Source of the DNA: a virus
DNA: 64,000 nt
Reading direction: 5' to 3' (one strand)
IMG/VR virus record: IMGVR_UViG_3300027659_000020
Span: 1-64,000 of that record
Below the pieces are notes generated by a model, which had not been told where the DNA came from, made no database searches, and saw only the letters and a list, made by a program, of their open reading frames with translations. Shown here piece by piece: positions 63,129 to 64,000 of the stretch; the stretch's first letter is position 1; every line of letters starts with the position of its first letter. The position numbers and the translations under genes are program-made.

Positions 63129-64000
63129 ATGAGCAACGTTTCCCTAACATCAGCACAGATATCAACTGCTACACAAACCGTTAGCTCGATATATCCGCTG
63201 GCACAGACATTTGTAATAGATACTCCCGGCGGGGCCTTTGTAACATCACTTGATCTTTTCTTTAAACAGAAAGACACTATTGATAGCATGCCAGTGACTG
63301 TGCGTCTACGGACTATTGAGAATGGCACACCAACCTCTGTTATCATTCCTTTCTCAACAGTAACAGTATCTGCAGCAAACATTGCAGTATCTGCTGCTGC
63401 AGCAACCCCAACTCGATTCACATTTGAGGCTCCTATATTTCTGCGTGATACCACTGAGTATTGCTTTGAAATCACGGCCAATTCTGGGCTATACAAACTA
63501 TGGTGTGCAAATATTGGCGGAAGAGATGTTATAAACCCATCATTCTTGATTGACAAGCAGCCATATAGCGGAGTGATGTTTAAGTCACAGAATGCATCAA
63601 CCTGGACTCCGGAGCTCACCAAGGATATTAAGTTCACGATGTACCGTGCAAACTTTTTGACATCCGGATCTGTTGTGCTAAATGAGGCAACGATTCCTCC
63701 TGTTACACTGGATGCTAATCCGCTTGAGACATATACCACCACTCTTGCTGTAACTGGCATGGATATTATCGCTGGCACCACTGGCGGCGATGCTGGATAC
63801 AAAGTAATTACTGTTACGTTATCCAATATATCGCCGAATACCGGTAATACCGGCTTGGCGGTAAACGATTCGATCACTATCTCCGGTGCTACCAATGCAC
63901 CAAATGGAACATGGCTCATTACCTCTATTCCAGTCGGTTCCGGAACCGACTTCGTATTTCGTGTTCCATCTACAAACACTGTTGCTATTCCGTCGCCGCG
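63129..64000 (+). CDS. virion structural protein (partial), resembling the C-terminal part of DUF4815-type proteins
   Basis: YPLAQTF, FVTSLDLFF, GVMFKSQNASTWT, DIKFTMYRA; runs off window. Confidence 0.8.
   Translation, partial: MSNVSLTSAQISTATQTVSSIYPLAQTFVIDTPGGAFVTSLDLFFKQKDTIDSMPVTVRLRTIENGTPTSVIIPFSTVTVSAANIAVSAAAATPTRFTFEAPIFLRDTTEYCFEITANSGLYKLWCANIGGRDVINPSFLIDKQPYSGVMFKSQNASTWTPELTKDIKFTMYRANFLTSGSVVLNEATIPPVTLDANPLETYTTTLAVTGMDIIAGTTGGDAGYKVITVTLSNISPNTGNTGLAVNDSITISGATNAPNGTWLITSIPVGSGTDFVFRVPSTNTVAIPSP

Noticed and set aside
63113-63979. 288-aa minus-strand ORF
   Set aside because: Shadow of the + strand structural gene starting at 63129, which has recognisable motifs
1-64000. 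Stop-codon reassignment
   Set aside because: Core genes are intact in the standard code, all three stops are used, and no suppressor tRNA is seen

Overview
A 64-kb segment of a large T4-like (myovirus) phage genome. It runs from small His/Ala-rich candidate capsid-internal proteins through a nucleotide/DNA metabolism block (nrdB, nrdA, GIY-YIG nuclease, rnh, denV-like, phoH, PD-(D/E)XK exonuclease, ClpP-like protease). Next is a ~7.5-kb RNA-gene region (13.7-21.3 kb) with 18 canonical tRNAs, a tmRNA, and about a dozen additional strongly base-paired non-tRNA elements. An accessory envelope region follows: an FHA/TPS-like beta-helix protein plus an outer-membrane barrel, DNA ligase, a spanin-like lipoprotein, and a CsgF-CsgG-curlin-like-FecR-CHASE2 adenylate cyclase module. 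The window ends with gp33, gp59, gp32 and the tail/baseplate module (tape-measure-like, gp51/gp26, gp54-like, gp2, gp4, gp48, gp53, gp5, gp25, gp6, gp7-like, gp8, split DUF4815-like protein). Most notable observations: (1) an array of unidentified structured RNAs interleaved with tRNAs behind a leader-peptide/hairpin/boxA-like control region; (2) three CDSs whose stop codons lie inside the downstream tRNA, so tRNA 5' processing would make non-stop mRNAs, in a cluster that encodes tmRNA; (3) a canonical -1 slippery site joining gp26 to gp51 just upstream of the tape-measure-like gene; (4) the curli-like secretion/cyclase module. All family assignments are from motif recognition by eye; no database searches or folding programs were run.
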